Origin: Candidatus Peregrinibacteria bacterium
GTDB taxonomy: Bacteria; Patescibacteriota; Gracilibacteria; Peribacterales; Peribacteraceae
Length of the DNA: 64,000 nucleotides
Reading direction: 5' to 3'
Assembly (NCBI GenBank): GCA_043814035.1
Contig: JBDRKJ010000002.1
Span: 136,766-200,765, forward strand
The notes beneath the pieces are model-generated. The model worked only from the letters and a program-made list of their open reading frames with translations. It did no database searches and was not told the origin of the DNA. Position numbers and translations under genes: made by a program. Below, one piece after another: positions 31,281-40,876 of the stretch; position 1 is the stretch's first letter, and the number at the start of each line of letters is the position of its first letter.

Positions 31281-32089
31281 AGCACCACACTTCTCTTCTC
31301 TGGCTCGCTGTTCTCGCATTCATCATCATGCCACTGCAAGGTCATGCGCAGGATACTGACACATGCCAGTCACTCATGGTGCGACAGCTCTCGCAGGAGC
31401 AACGCCTGTACCGCAGCGTGCTCTTCGGACACAAAAAAGCTCAGGATGCCGCGCTCAACGAAGTGTACTTCGACAATGAGGGAATCCCATGGATCAAGGA
31501 AAAGGAGAATGTATGGCGTTCTGTTTCGCCGGGCAAAGAGGATGAGGAACGCAGCGATGACGAAATGGATGGCAAGGATGAGCTAAAGCCGCGCAAAGGT
31601 ATCTTCGAAACGCGCAAAGTGATGACATCGGACTTGGTGCCCTACCTCACACAGGCCTACCGCTCACTCAAATGCCGTTCAACCATCGTCTGCAAGGTTG
31701 TGGAAAATTCTCTTGAGTTGGAAAGTACGGAACCGCAGGAACTAACCATAGTGGTACCGGGGTGCATCGAGGACAAACGACAATCAACCCCCAGCTGCCA
31801 CCTCGCGGCTACCGAAGGGAGCAAAGTGGAAGAGGGAGAACTGCTCACCTACTGTCGATTGGTAAGAGATGATTTGGTCTCGCGTGAGAAAGATCTACTC
31901 AAGCAAGCCACTGAGTACGATGCGGCGTATCGCTCTCTTTTGCAGCTCTCAGGACAAATCGATGCCTTTCTACAGGAGTTCCGCTGGCCTCTTGCGAATT
32001 CGCTTCGCAAAGCCGCGCAACTCGTTGGATCCCTCTACCGCATTCCCTGTTTCATCGGCAGCTGTGACGAAAGTCCCCCCGCCAATTAA
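31277..32089 (+). CDS. Secreted cysteine-containing hypothetical protein
   Basis: Signal peptide ending GHA-Q; ATGA overlap with the upstream gene. Confidence 0.8.
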   Translation: MKHHTSLLWLAVLAFIIMPLQGHAQDTDTCQSLMVRQLSQEQRLYRSVLFGHKKAQDAALNEVYFDNEGIPWIKEKENVWRSVSPGKEDEERSDDEMDGKDELKPRKGIFETRKVMTSDLVPYLTQAYRSLKCRSTIVCKVVENSLELESTEPQELTIVVPGCIEDKRQSTPSCHLAATEGSKVEEGELLTYCRLVRDDLVSREKDLLKQATEYDAAYRSLLQLSGQIDAFLQEFRWPLANSLRKAAQLVGSLYRIPCFIGSCDESPPAN

Positions 32090-32094
32090 GAATC

Positions 32095-32892
32095 ATGTTC
32101 TCTCTCCGTAAGCGCACCATTGGCTCGATGATCGTCCTCTTGCTGATGGCCCTCAGCGTTGTCGTTGTTGTAATGAAAGACCCCGAAAAATTTACTGCCA
32201 CCAGTGTTGATCTGCTCATTAAGCAAGAAGAGGAAAATTCCATCCTCACCCCCTGCTCCCGCTTTGCAAAGAATTACGCATACGCACAACTGCCTTTCAG
32301 AGACGGCAGTTTCTCGCAATGGCCAACGGAATACCATCGCATTGTCGGTGAGGTTGTCGACGAACACATGCAATCCTTTTCGCGCCCCCCGGACTGCAGT
32401 GCCACAACAGGAGGTGGCGTGCTTCCTGGTGGAGCGAAGCTCAGCGCACTCGCGAAAAGCCTCCCCAGCTGGAAGGAATCTTCTGTCAGCCAATGGGAAG
32501 CCAGTTCCGTGCTCCTTGAATTCTTGCGGGCCTACGAATGCGCTTTAGAAGAGAGGCTTTACTTCCTGCACCCGGATGCACTCCTCCAGCTTGAGATGGC
32601 AATGCAAGAGGAAGGGGATGAATCCGATATTTATCTCTCTCTCCTCACCGCCGAGGTTTCGGAAGAAGATCAGACAATCGCCACGGAATTGGCAACGGCA
32701 CGGTCCTCCCTCAACCGGACACTCTCTGTTCTCGCTGGCCTTAGTCGTCTGCTCCCGCTCCATTCAGAGCTTCAGTGTATTGAGCGAGCATCTCTCGATA
32801 TCCGCAATGCACTCGCGCTGGGGGCAGAGGCCAGCGCCTGCCTGCCACGTATCTGGAACGCCAAGGATCCTCTTCGCGACTTACCACAGTGA
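32095..32892 (+). CDS. Membrane-anchored or secreted hypothetical protein
   Basis: N-terminal hydrophobic helix; several Cys; 5 nt after the previous stop. Confidence 0.8.
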   Translation: MFSLRKRTIGSMIVLLLMALSVVVVVMKDPEKFTATSVDLLIKQEEENSILTPCSRFAKNYAYAQLPFRDGSFSQWPTEYHRIVGEVVDEHMQSFSRPPDCSATTGGGVLPGGAKLSALAKSLPSWKESSVSQWEASSVLLEFLRAYECALEERLYFLHPDALLQLEMAMQEEGDESDIYLSLLTAEVSEEDQTIATELATARSSLNRTLSVLAGLSRLLPLHSELQCIERASLDIRNALALGAEASACLPRIWNAKDPLRDLPQ

Positions 32893-35384
32893 AATACTCC
32901 TCCGTCATTTTCGGCATTGTTGGCTCACTGCTCATTGTGACGCATGCCCACGCAGAACAAGGGCTTGGTGGCCTGCAACTCTACGAAAAAATGCATGCGC
33001 TCACAGCGCAGGAAATGACTTTGGAAGGGGTTAACGATTCCATTATTAGCTATGTCGTTCAAATGGTGTCTCAGGAAAACATTTTTCTGAAAGATGAAAC
33101 CGCTGCAGAGATTCAGTCAATTGTAAAAGCGGCGTTTGATTCACGGCTCGGTGAGTTCTGCCAACTGTACAACAACACGTTCGATGGCTGCCCGCAGGCG
33201 TATCAGATGTTTCGCGACTGGGGACGCGACATCCTCGAAACGCTCACGCTCTCTACAGACCTTCTCCATATAGCAACAGGATACGAAACAGGTGTAAGCG
33301 GGCGTATGGGCGAAATTTTCACTGTCGCAGAACGCACGCTCACGATTCGCAATCTTTGGCGCAGCCAGGATGATGCCCTGCTTACACCTGAGGTATTCCC
33401 GCTCGTACGTGCAGTGCCCCGACCTGACAGTGTTACGGATGGCATGCTCGACGATCTCGGCGCCGAACTCGAGAGGGCTGGCTCGACTGCCGTGTGGCGT
33501 TACCGTTACGGGATCACTCCGTTCTCTGATTACTGTTACAACGTCAGGGACGCCTCGGAGCTGTATCAGGCAATCCGCGAGCGGTACTGCAAAGTTGAAG
33601 ATAAATTACGTGCTCTACGAGATGCCCTCCCGGCATCAGTATTGGATTACGACCCTCCACTGCAGCGCGGAGAAATCGTAATTTTCCCACTGCGCAGACT
33701 CGACACGCCGGCACATGCTGTTGTCTGGATGATGGCCGAGCACGTCGACGGAACAATCAAGCGTGATGTGGGGTTGGGATGGGATCTAACTCTGTCTTCT
33801 CCCTCCGTTGGGATAATGGGTGGTGACCCCTGTGATTCTGGAAAGTTCTCTGAGGCCTACTGCACTGTTGTCGATCGATTCGGGATCCTCCCAGGCGGCC
33901 GCTACGAAGATCCACCGCAGGAACCGGGCGAGGACGATGGGATTTGCCATTTGGCGTTTGCCCGAGACGGCTACATGTGCCGCCCGCTCCGTCACGATCG
34001 CTGTAACGCAGAAATCGACGACAAAGACCCGCGTGCGATCGTACTCACGGAGTGTAAACCCACGCAGGCGAAGCAGCCGATCGCCCTCACCGAATCCGGC
34101 CCTGATATCTGCCGCACGGGCTGGTGGCGTATTCCAAGCAAGGAGCTCATGAGTCCGCAGGGCAAGCTTGGTTGCAGTCTCTGCACGGTGGATATTGAAT
34201 GCAAAGACAATTGCCCCAACGGAAACTCAGCAACAACAGAGGAGAAGGATGAGAACGGTGTTATCCATATATGTGTCCAGAACAGCGCTCCTCGTATCAT
34301 GCTTGGATCCAGCCTGCTACACGAACTCGTCCATGCCCAGCAATATTGTAACCTTAAACCAGGAACCAAAACTTCCGACACGGCCGAGCGCTGCTGCGCC
34401 ACCGAAGCAGAGGCCTATAGGGTTTCCTGCCGTGTGTATGCAGAGGATGGAATCTTGGATGCCATTGGCTTCTCACTCGAGGAATGCATAGGTGGCCTGA
34501 GCAATATCAGCTGCAGAAAATACGGTGAGAAGGCATGTTCAAGCCTTGAAACTGAAGAGATCCTAGAAAAACTCTTGGATGCATTACGAAAGGCAGACCG
34601 TGAATCCGGGGGAAGTCTTCCTTCGTGCGAAGAGGTGATAGGAAAAACAAATGATCAGGAAGGTATTTCTACAATGATCCAGGCTAGAGGGGCAGAGGCA
34701 CTGGCACGCATCGATAGCCGTATTCCTGCAATGATCGAAGCCCTGAACGGTGCCTGTACGCCCGGTTGCCCGACAAAGTATGAGAACACCATCGGCAACA
34801 ACCTCTGCTACATCGGCCAGTGTGTAGAACAATCCATCGAACAATCGCGCGTCATTCCCGGCCGCATGGGGTTGGTGGTGGAAGACGAGGCGTTCCCGTG
34901 GGATTCCTGCGCGGTAGAAAATACACAAGCCGCGGGACTCATCGCACTGCCTGCTATTTCTCCGCCCCTCATGCCTGCCTACAACCCACGTTTGCTGATC
35001 GAATCTCTCGATCGCGCGCTGTGCCAGATCAATGGCCTTCCTGCTGCCACCCCACCTATCCTCTGTCAGTTCAACTACGAGCGTAGACTGAATATTCCCA
35101 CCGATAGCTATGTGACAACTTCATTCAGCTTTGCAGGACAAATCGAGGAAAATCTAGAGCCCACCGAATCACTGCAACGCATGACCCAGAGTATCGCAAC
35201 GCGCATTGGTACATCGCTTCTTACGCGCTATCTCTCGTGGGCCGGGCGCGCGCTGTCTGACACTCTGCGAGCAGGTAACGAGTTGATGGGTGCGATGGCA
35301 AAAACCCAGTTCCCACAGCAAACGTGTCCGCGGAACGCAGCGGAAACTCCTGATTTCTGTAACGTTCCGTACGTTCCCGAATGA
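32889..35384 (+). CDS. Secreted cysteine-rich protein with HExxH zinc-metallopeptidase motif
   Basis: Signal peptide ending AHA-E; LLHELVHAQQYC...CCATEAEAY; roughly 30 Cys; GTGA overlap. Confidence 0.8.
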   Translation: MKYSSVIFGIVGSLLIVTHAHAEQGLGGLQLYEKMHALTAQEMTLEGVNDSIISYVVQMVSQENIFLKDETAAEIQSIVKAAFDSRLGEFCQLYNNTFDGCPQAYQMFRDWGRDILETLTLSTDLLHIATGYETGVSGRMGEIFTVAERTLTIRNLWRSQDDALLTPEVFPLVRAVPRPDSVTDGMLDDLGAELERAGSTAVWRYRYGITPFSDYCYNVRDASELYQAIRERYCKVEDKLRALRDALPASVLDYDPPLQRGEIVIFPLRRLDTPAHAVVWMMAEHVDGTIKRDVGLGWDLTLSSPSVGIMGGDPCDSGKFSEAYCTVVDRFGILPGGRYEDPPQEPGEDDGICHLAFARDGYMCRPLRHDRCNAEIDDKDPRAIVLTECKPTQAKQPIALTESGPDICRTGWWRIPSKELMSPQGKLGCSLCTVDIECKDNCPNGNSATTEEKDENGVIHICVQNSAPRIMLGSSLLHELVHAQQYCNLKPGTKTSDTAERCCATEAEAYRVSCRVYAEDGILDAIGFSLEECIGGLSNISCRKYGEKACSSLETEEILEKLLDALRKADRESGGSLPSCEEVIGKTNDQEGISTMIQARGAEALARIDSRIPAMIEALNGACTPGCPTKYENTIGNNLCYIGQCVEQSIEQSRVIPGRMGLVVEDEAFPWDSCAVENTQAAGLIALPAISPPLMPAYNPRLLIESLDRALCQINGLPAATPPILCQFNYERRLNIPTDSYVTTSFSFAGQIEENLEPTESLQRMTQSIATRIGTSLLTRYLSWAGRALSDTLRAGNELMGAMAKTQFPQQTCPRNAAETPDFCNVPYVPE

Positions 35385-36940
35385 GAACTGTTCCTCTGTT
35401 GCTCACCGGCATATTGATCTTCTCCATTGCTTCTCCGGCAATGGCGGCAGGTGATCAGTATGCAGATATCGCTCCCGTTTCTCCGTACATAGAGCGTGTG
35501 GTGCGTCGCGTGAGGGCCGGGCTCGATAATGCCGGAGGCGGAGACGCAACAGCAGATAAACTGCTCAAACTCTTCTGGCTCGATCAGATCACTGGGATGA
35601 TTCTGTTGTTGGTCGATACAGATCTGCGCATTGTGGAGCAGGAGCGCGACCTGCGAGAAAATACACCCTGTCTGAGAATCGACACTCTCATTCTTGAGGG
35701 ATGGATGGAGCGAGCAAGAATACGAAAGAATGACGCCATTGAAGCGGGGCGCGTGGGTGAAGCTGCGCGCCTCATTTCGATGCAACGATATCTGAATAAC
35801 CGCTACAAGGCTCTTCTTCTGGGAGCAAGAGACCCCACGTACGTCGATAAAGAAGAAGGATCATTGTACGGATTTGATGCTCCACCCTACTGGTGCTGCC
35901 CCGGCAAAGAGGAAGAGGATGACACGAGAAATATTGAGTGCCGACAGATAGGGGAAGGCACGGAGTATTCTGATTGCATAAACACGCAGGGGCTCGCATT
36001 CAAGAGGCAGTACGCGTGCGTAAATGCTGGCTGCACTGCATCGGGCGGAGAGGGAGAAGATGAAGGGGAACCCTGTCCATTCAGTACAGATTATCTTCCG
36101 CCAACCGGAGCGGGATATGGTTGTGACCTTTCTGTTCTCGAAAGCCGTGATGGACCAGAAGGCATTCGAAAAGAAATCGAAGGGCTGCGAAAGCTCATTC
36201 AGGACCGTGATACAGCCATTGAAGATATTGGCACCGCAAAGGATACCATCGTGCAACTGGAACAACGTTTGGGAGGAGGAACGATGGATCTCTCGAATTT
36301 TGGTATGGGAGCAAGCAACAAGCGTAGCCACGAAGTGAAAAGTGGCTGCCTTGCGGAGGATGAGCAGCTCCCCGCAGGTGTCACCTTCTGGGAACGTCGT
36401 GGACCGTTTGCATTCTCATCGAATGAGACGTCTCTCATGCCCAAACTCTCAGCGCTCTGGGATGGATGGGGCCAGCAACGCCTGCCTCCTACTTACATCC
36501 GCGACTCCAATGAATTGCCAGACGGCCCCGAGAAAGAGGCGGCCCAGGCAATGGAGAATGTGATGCTCTTCTGGCTGCTCGGTGCTCGCTACGACGCACA
36601 GTTGTATCTGCAAGGATTCAGCCTGCAACAAGCGAAGAAAGAGAGCGCACAGATCGCAAAGACTATCGATGCTCCACTGCGCGTACTCAACACGCTCACG
36701 CCGCTTCGTACAGAAGTGCGCAGACTTGCGTCTTCGGTACAGAGCTCGGATGTTGGCCTACGAAAATTTGTGCGTGACTACGCCTCCTTCTTGCGCACCT
36801 CCTGCATTTTCCGCCCATGCAATAAGCAATTAGATCGCATATTGAAAATCATTTTCAAGGATGAGTGTTTTCCGTACGCCAGAGGAGCCCCCCTTGAATC
36901 AGAGGTCGCAAGACAGTGCAAAAATGCAGCAGGACTCTAA
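35381..36940 (+). CDS. Secreted cysteine-rich hypothetical protein
   Basis: Signal peptide ending AMA-A; ATGA overlap; Cys clusters in the middle and at the C-terminus. Confidence 0.8.
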   Translation: MRTVPLLLTGILIFSIASPAMAAGDQYADIAPVSPYIERVVRRVRAGLDNAGGGDATADKLLKLFWLDQITGMILLLVDTDLRIVEQERDLRENTPCLRIDTLILEGWMERARIRKNDAIEAGRVGEAARLISMQRYLNNRYKALLLGARDPTYVDKEEGSLYGFDAPPYWCCPGKEEEDDTRNIECRQIGEGTEYSDCINTQGLAFKRQYACVNAGCTASGGEGEDEGEPCPFSTDYLPPTGAGYGCDLSVLESRDGPEGIRKEIEGLRKLIQDRDTAIEDIGTAKDTIVQLEQRLGGGTMDLSNFGMGASNKRSHEVKSGCLAEDEQLPAGVTFWERRGPFAFSSNETSLMPKLSALWDGWGQQRLPPTYIRDSNELPDGPEKEAAQAMENVMLFWLLGARYDAQLYLQGFSLQQAKKESAQIAKTIDAPLRVLNTLTPLRTEVRRLASSVQSSDVGLRKFVRDYASFLRTSCIFRPCNKQLDRILKIIFKDECFPYARGAPLESEVARQCKNAAGL

Positions 36941-37001
36941 GAGGAAAACCTGAGGATGGCTGTATACTCCGCAGTGAATACTGCATACTAGCTCTCCTCA
37001 C

Positions 37002-37091
37002 ATGAACGCTTCTGATTTCGTCCATCTGCACCCGACTCCGCTTCTCGTTCGACTCGAAGCTTTGCCGGGCAAGCTGCCACCTTCACTATGA
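37002..37091 (+). other. 29-codon uORF, a degenerate duplicate of the dnaE N-terminus
   Basis: MNASDFVHLHPTPLLVRLEALPGKLPPSL versus DnaE MKASDFVHLHCHSTYSLLEALP; its stop overlaps the dnaE ATG (ATGA). Confidence 0.7.
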
Positions 37092-40000
37092 AAGCTTCCG
37101 ACTTTGTTCATCTCCACTGCCATAGTACCTACTCCCTCCTTGAGGCACTCCCAAGCCCCAAAGAGATTGTCCGGCGTGCTGTAGAGCTGCGACAAACAGC
37201 TGTGGGTCTCGCAGACAAAGGGCACGTCTACGGCCTCGTTGATTTCTACCGTGAAGCAAAAAAGGCTGATCTCAAGCCGATCCTCGGCCTCGAGACGTAC
37301 GTCGCTGTACGCACTCGTTTTGATCAAGAAAGTGGTACCGACACCAAACGATACCCACTTGTACTGCTTGCCGAGAATGAAGAGGGGTACCGTAATCTGC
37401 TTGCCCTCGCTTCGCTCGCCTCACTCGAAGGAATGTACTACAAGCCACGTGTCGACAGCGAGCTGCTCAGTACCTACGGCAAGGGCCTCATCGCGCTCAC
37501 GGGGCCCATCGGAGGAGCTATTCCGCAAGCTGCCCTGGTGGAGGATGGCGAACGCATCCAAGAGCTCACAGAGCAGTACCGTTCATTCTTCGGTAAAGAT
37601 AATCTCTACTTTGAGCTCATGGATCTGCCAAACGTAACAGGGCAGAACGAAGTGAATCAACAGCTCATCGCTTGGGCAAAAAAACTAAATGTTCCTCTCG
37701 TCGCCACTTGCAACAGCCATTACTGCCATCTTGGTGACAGTGAGGCTCACGATGTGCTGCTCTGCATTCAGAAGAACGCCAATGTCGCTGACACTACACG
37801 CTTCTCTATGCGAGACAGTGATTTCTCTATGCGACCATTTGAGGAGTTGGAACAGACATTCGCACATGTGCCAGAAGCGCTGGAAAATACTCGCGTCATT
37901 GCTGATCGATGCTCGGTAACGCTGGAACTAGGGAAATACCACATCCCGCGTTATCCCATGCCGGAGGGCACTACAGAGGAAGCTGAACTCACTCGTCTCG
38001 CAACTGAAGGTTTCGTGCAGCGCTATCCCAACGCCACGCAGGAACAGAAAGACCGCCTGGAGCACGAGCTCTCGATTATTAATAGTATGGGGTTTTCTGG
38101 GTATTTCCTTATTGTCGCCGACTTCATTAACGAAGCAAAGCGCAGGGGAATCGCAGTGGGACCGGGAAGAGGATCTGCGGCCGGATCCATTGTGTCATAC
38201 AGCCTGAATATTACGACGCTTGATCCTCTAGAACATGGCCTGCTCTTCGAGCGGTTCCTCAACCCTGAGCGCATCACGATGCCAGATATTGATACGGATT
38301 TTGCCGACACGAGAAGAGATGAGGTGCTGGAATATGTCCGCAACAAGTATGGGAGTGATCGTGTCGTACAAATCTGTACATTCGGAACACTGGCCGCACG
38401 AGCGGCAGTGAAAGATGTCGGACGTGCCTACGGTGTGCCGTTTCTTGAGATGAATGCATTGGCGAAACTCATTCCCGAGCGTCCCGGTACCACACTGAAG
38501 GACGCCATGGAAACTACAGAATTGAAAGCGGCCTACGATGCCAATGAAACATATCGAAAGATTATTGATACTGCTTTCAAGCTGGAAGGAAAAGCTCGTC
38601 ACGTCTCGGTTCATGCATGTGGCGTCATCATCACCCCAGAACCAACCGTCCTCTACTCCGCCCTCCAGCGCGCTCCCAAGGACGATAAAATCATCATCAC
38701 ACAATATGAAGCGAAGCCTTTGGAGGCTCTCGGCCTATTGAAAATGGACTTTTTAGGGCTCACAAACCTCACCGTTATTGAAACTACGCTAGAGATTATC
38801 CAACGTCTCTATGGCACGCAGATTGACATGGCAAAACTACCCCTAGACGACAAGGCTACATATGAGCTTCTTCAGCGCGGGGACACAACGGGGGTATTCC
38901 AACTGGAATCGGCAGGAATGCGCCGATATTTAAAGCAACTCATTCCTACCACGTTCAATGACATTACCGCTATGGCGGCTCTTTTCCGTCCGGGTCCTAT
39001 GGAATGGATCCCCAGCTTCATCAAACGCAAACACGGGAAAGAGAAAGTGGAGTACCTCCACGCAGACGTAGAACCCATCTTCCGCGAGACGTATGGGATC
39101 GGCGTTTATCAGGAGCAAATCCTTCAGCTTGCCAGAGTATTTGCTGGCTACTCTCTTGGAGAAGCGGATCTTTTGCGTCGCGCTATCGGAAAGAAAATTA
39201 AGAAAGAGCTCGACGCGCAACGCGATAAGTTCATCACGGGGGCAGCCAAGAAGGGGCACAATAAGGCGCTCTCAGAGAAAATCTTCGACGATGTCATCAT
39301 GCCATTCGCCGGGTATGGGTTCCCGAAAGCTCATGCTGCTGGCTACGCACGTATTGCCTTTGAGACCGCCTATCTCAAGGCTCACTTCCCCACGGAATTC
39401 ATGGCTGCGCTGCTGTCGTCTGATGCGCAGCGTACTGATCGCGTTATGATCGAAATTGAGGAGTGTCGTGCTATGGGCATTCAGGTTCTTCCTCCGGATA
39501 TCAATGAATCCCTCCGTCACTTCACCGCTCTTCCGTCGCCAGGAGGCAAGCTGGTCCATGGCACCGCAAAGAAAGGGGAAATCCGTTTCGGCTTAAGTGC
39601 GATTAAGGGCATTGGTGACAGCTCTGTACAGCAAATCATGCAAGTGCGTGAGGAGGGAGGAAAATTCGCTTCAATAGAAGATTTTGCCCGACGCGTTCCG
39701 TCGAAAGTTCTCAACAAAAAACTCCTTGAGGCGCTGGCGAAATCGGGGGCACTCGATTCCCTTGGCGAAAGAAGAACACTGGTCGATCACTATGAGCGTA
39801 TCGTGGACTACGCAAAATCTTGTGGTGATGTTTCGGCTGCACAACATGATCTATTCGCCTTATCGGATGGTGGAATGGATGAAGCACTCATCAACTTTCC
39901 TAAAACCCTAGAGGCAACAACACTTCAAAAGCTTCAGTGGGAAAAGGAAACTCTTGGCATGTACGTAAGCAGTCATCCACTTGCCGGGCTCAAGAAGTAC

Positions 40001-40876
40001 ATCGGCAAGAAGGCACAACTCATTGCCGACCTCACAATGAAGGACAGTGGCAAGAAAGTGAAAATCGCTGGCCTCGTCGAGAACATTAAGCGCATCACGA
40101 CGAAAAAAGGTGAAACCATGGCCGTGATTCTAATCGAGGATCCGACAGGCAAAATTGAGGCGACACTTTTCCCTCGCATCTATGCAGAATTCGCCACGCT
40201 ACTGGAGCAACCCGACTCTGTATTGGTTGTGGGAGGCACGGTAGATGTGCGTGCCGGTCAATTACAGATTCGCGCCGATGCCCTTAAGCGTGCTGTTCTA
40301 TCAAAGATGATCGCGCACGCTAAAGAAGCAGGATTCTTCGATGAAGAAGAGGCACGTCAGGGCCTCACGCTCACGCGCAAGAGCCTTGAAGAGGCGGAGG
40401 AAGTTGAGGCAGTAGATGAAGAGGGCAATGTCATTGCCGGAGAAACGGTCGCGATAGAAAAAGGGAAGGAGGAACAGAACGAATTCCACGGTCCGCTAAG
40501 TGCTTGGCTGTTGCTCGACATGCCCACCTCAGATCTTCTACAGCAACTTGCTCTCAACGATACCCAACCAACAGCAACATCACCTACTGCAAAAAAGGAG
40601 CTAGGAAAGAAAGCGGCGAAGACGAAAGAGCCCTCTACGGAGCCCAAAACTTATGCCACAGAAATCTCCATCCACACTATTACGTTACCAGAACGGGCAC
40701 CGAAAAAACTCCTGTTGGATCTCAAGCACGTGCTCGAAACATTCCCAGGAAAAGAGAAAGTGCAGCTGAAGATCGGCGAACAGCTCATTCCCCTTCCTCT
40801 CACGATTAACATGTCGACAATTCTCGAAAAGAAAATCGAAGATGTTTTGAGCGCGTACGCGTCTTCTGCTGTGTAA
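37088..40876 (+). CDS. dnaE: DNA polymerase III subunit alpha
   Basis: PHP motif FVHLHCHSTYSLL, GPGRGSAAGS, MPDIDTDF, LLKMDFLGL, GVFQLES. Confidence 0.99.
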   Translation: MKASDFVHLHCHSTYSLLEALPSPKEIVRRAVELRQTAVGLADKGHVYGLVDFYREAKKADLKPILGLETYVAVRTRFDQESGTDTKRYPLVLLAENEEGYRNLLALASLASLEGMYYKPRVDSELLSTYGKGLIALTGPIGGAIPQAALVEDGERIQELTEQYRSFFGKDNLYFELMDLPNVTGQNEVNQQLIAWAKKLNVPLVATCNSHYCHLGDSEAHDVLLCIQKNANVADTTRFSMRDSDFSMRPFEELEQTFAHVPEALENTRVIADRCSVTLELGKYHIPRYPMPEGTTEEAELTRLATEGFVQRYPNATQEQKDRLEHELSIINSMGFSGYFLIVADFINEAKRRGIAVGPGRGSAAGSIVSYSLNITTLDPLEHGLLFERFLNPERITMPDIDTDFADTRRDEVLEYVRNKYGSDRVVQICTFGTLAARAAVKDVGRAYGVPFLEMNALAKLIPERPGTTLKDAMETTELKAAYDANETYRKIIDTAFKLEGKARHVSVHACGVIITPEPTVLYSALQRAPKDDKIIITQYEAKPLEALGLLKMDFLGLTNLTVIETTLEIIQRLYGTQIDMAKLPLDDKATYELLQRGDTTGVFQLESAGMRRYLKQLIPTTFNDITAMAALFRPGPMEWIPSFIKRKHGKEKVEYLHADVEPIFRETYGIGVYQEQILQLARVFAGYSLGEADLLRRAIGKKIKKELDAQRDKFITGAAKKGHNKALSEKIFDDVIMPFAGYGFPKAHAAGYARIAFETAYLKAHFPTEFMAALLSSDAQRTDRVMIEIEECRAMGIQVLPPDINESLRHFTALPSPGGKLVHGTAKKGEIRFGLSAIKGIGDSSVQQIMQVREEGGKFASIEDFARRVPSKVLNKKLLEALAKSGALDSLGERRTLVDHYERIVDYAKSCGDVSAAQHDLFALSDGGMDEALINFPKTLEATTLQKLQWEKETLGMYVSSHPLAGLKKYIGKKAQLIADLTMKDSGKKVKIAGLVENIKRITTKKGETMAVILIEDPTGKIEATLFPRIYAEFATLLEQPDSVLVVGGTVDVRAGQLQIRADALKRAVLSKMIAHAKEAGFFDEEEARQGLTLTRKSLEEAEEVEAVDEEGNVIAGETVAIEKGKEEQNEFHGPLSAWLLLDMPTSDLLQQLALNDTQPTATSPTAKKELGKKAAKTKEPSTEPKTYATEISIHTITLPERAPKKLLLDLKHVLETFPGKEKVQLKIGEQLIPLPLTINMSTILEKKIEDVLSAYASSAV

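Noticed and set aside
28095-36940. Prophage or ICE interpretation of the Cys-rich operon
   Set aside because: No integrase, relaxase, VirB4/VirD4 ATPase, terminase or capsid motifs, and no flanking att pair was seen.
37088-40876. Intein in dnaE
   Set aside because: No C/S...HN splice motifs or large insertion; the extra length is a C-terminal low-complexity linker.
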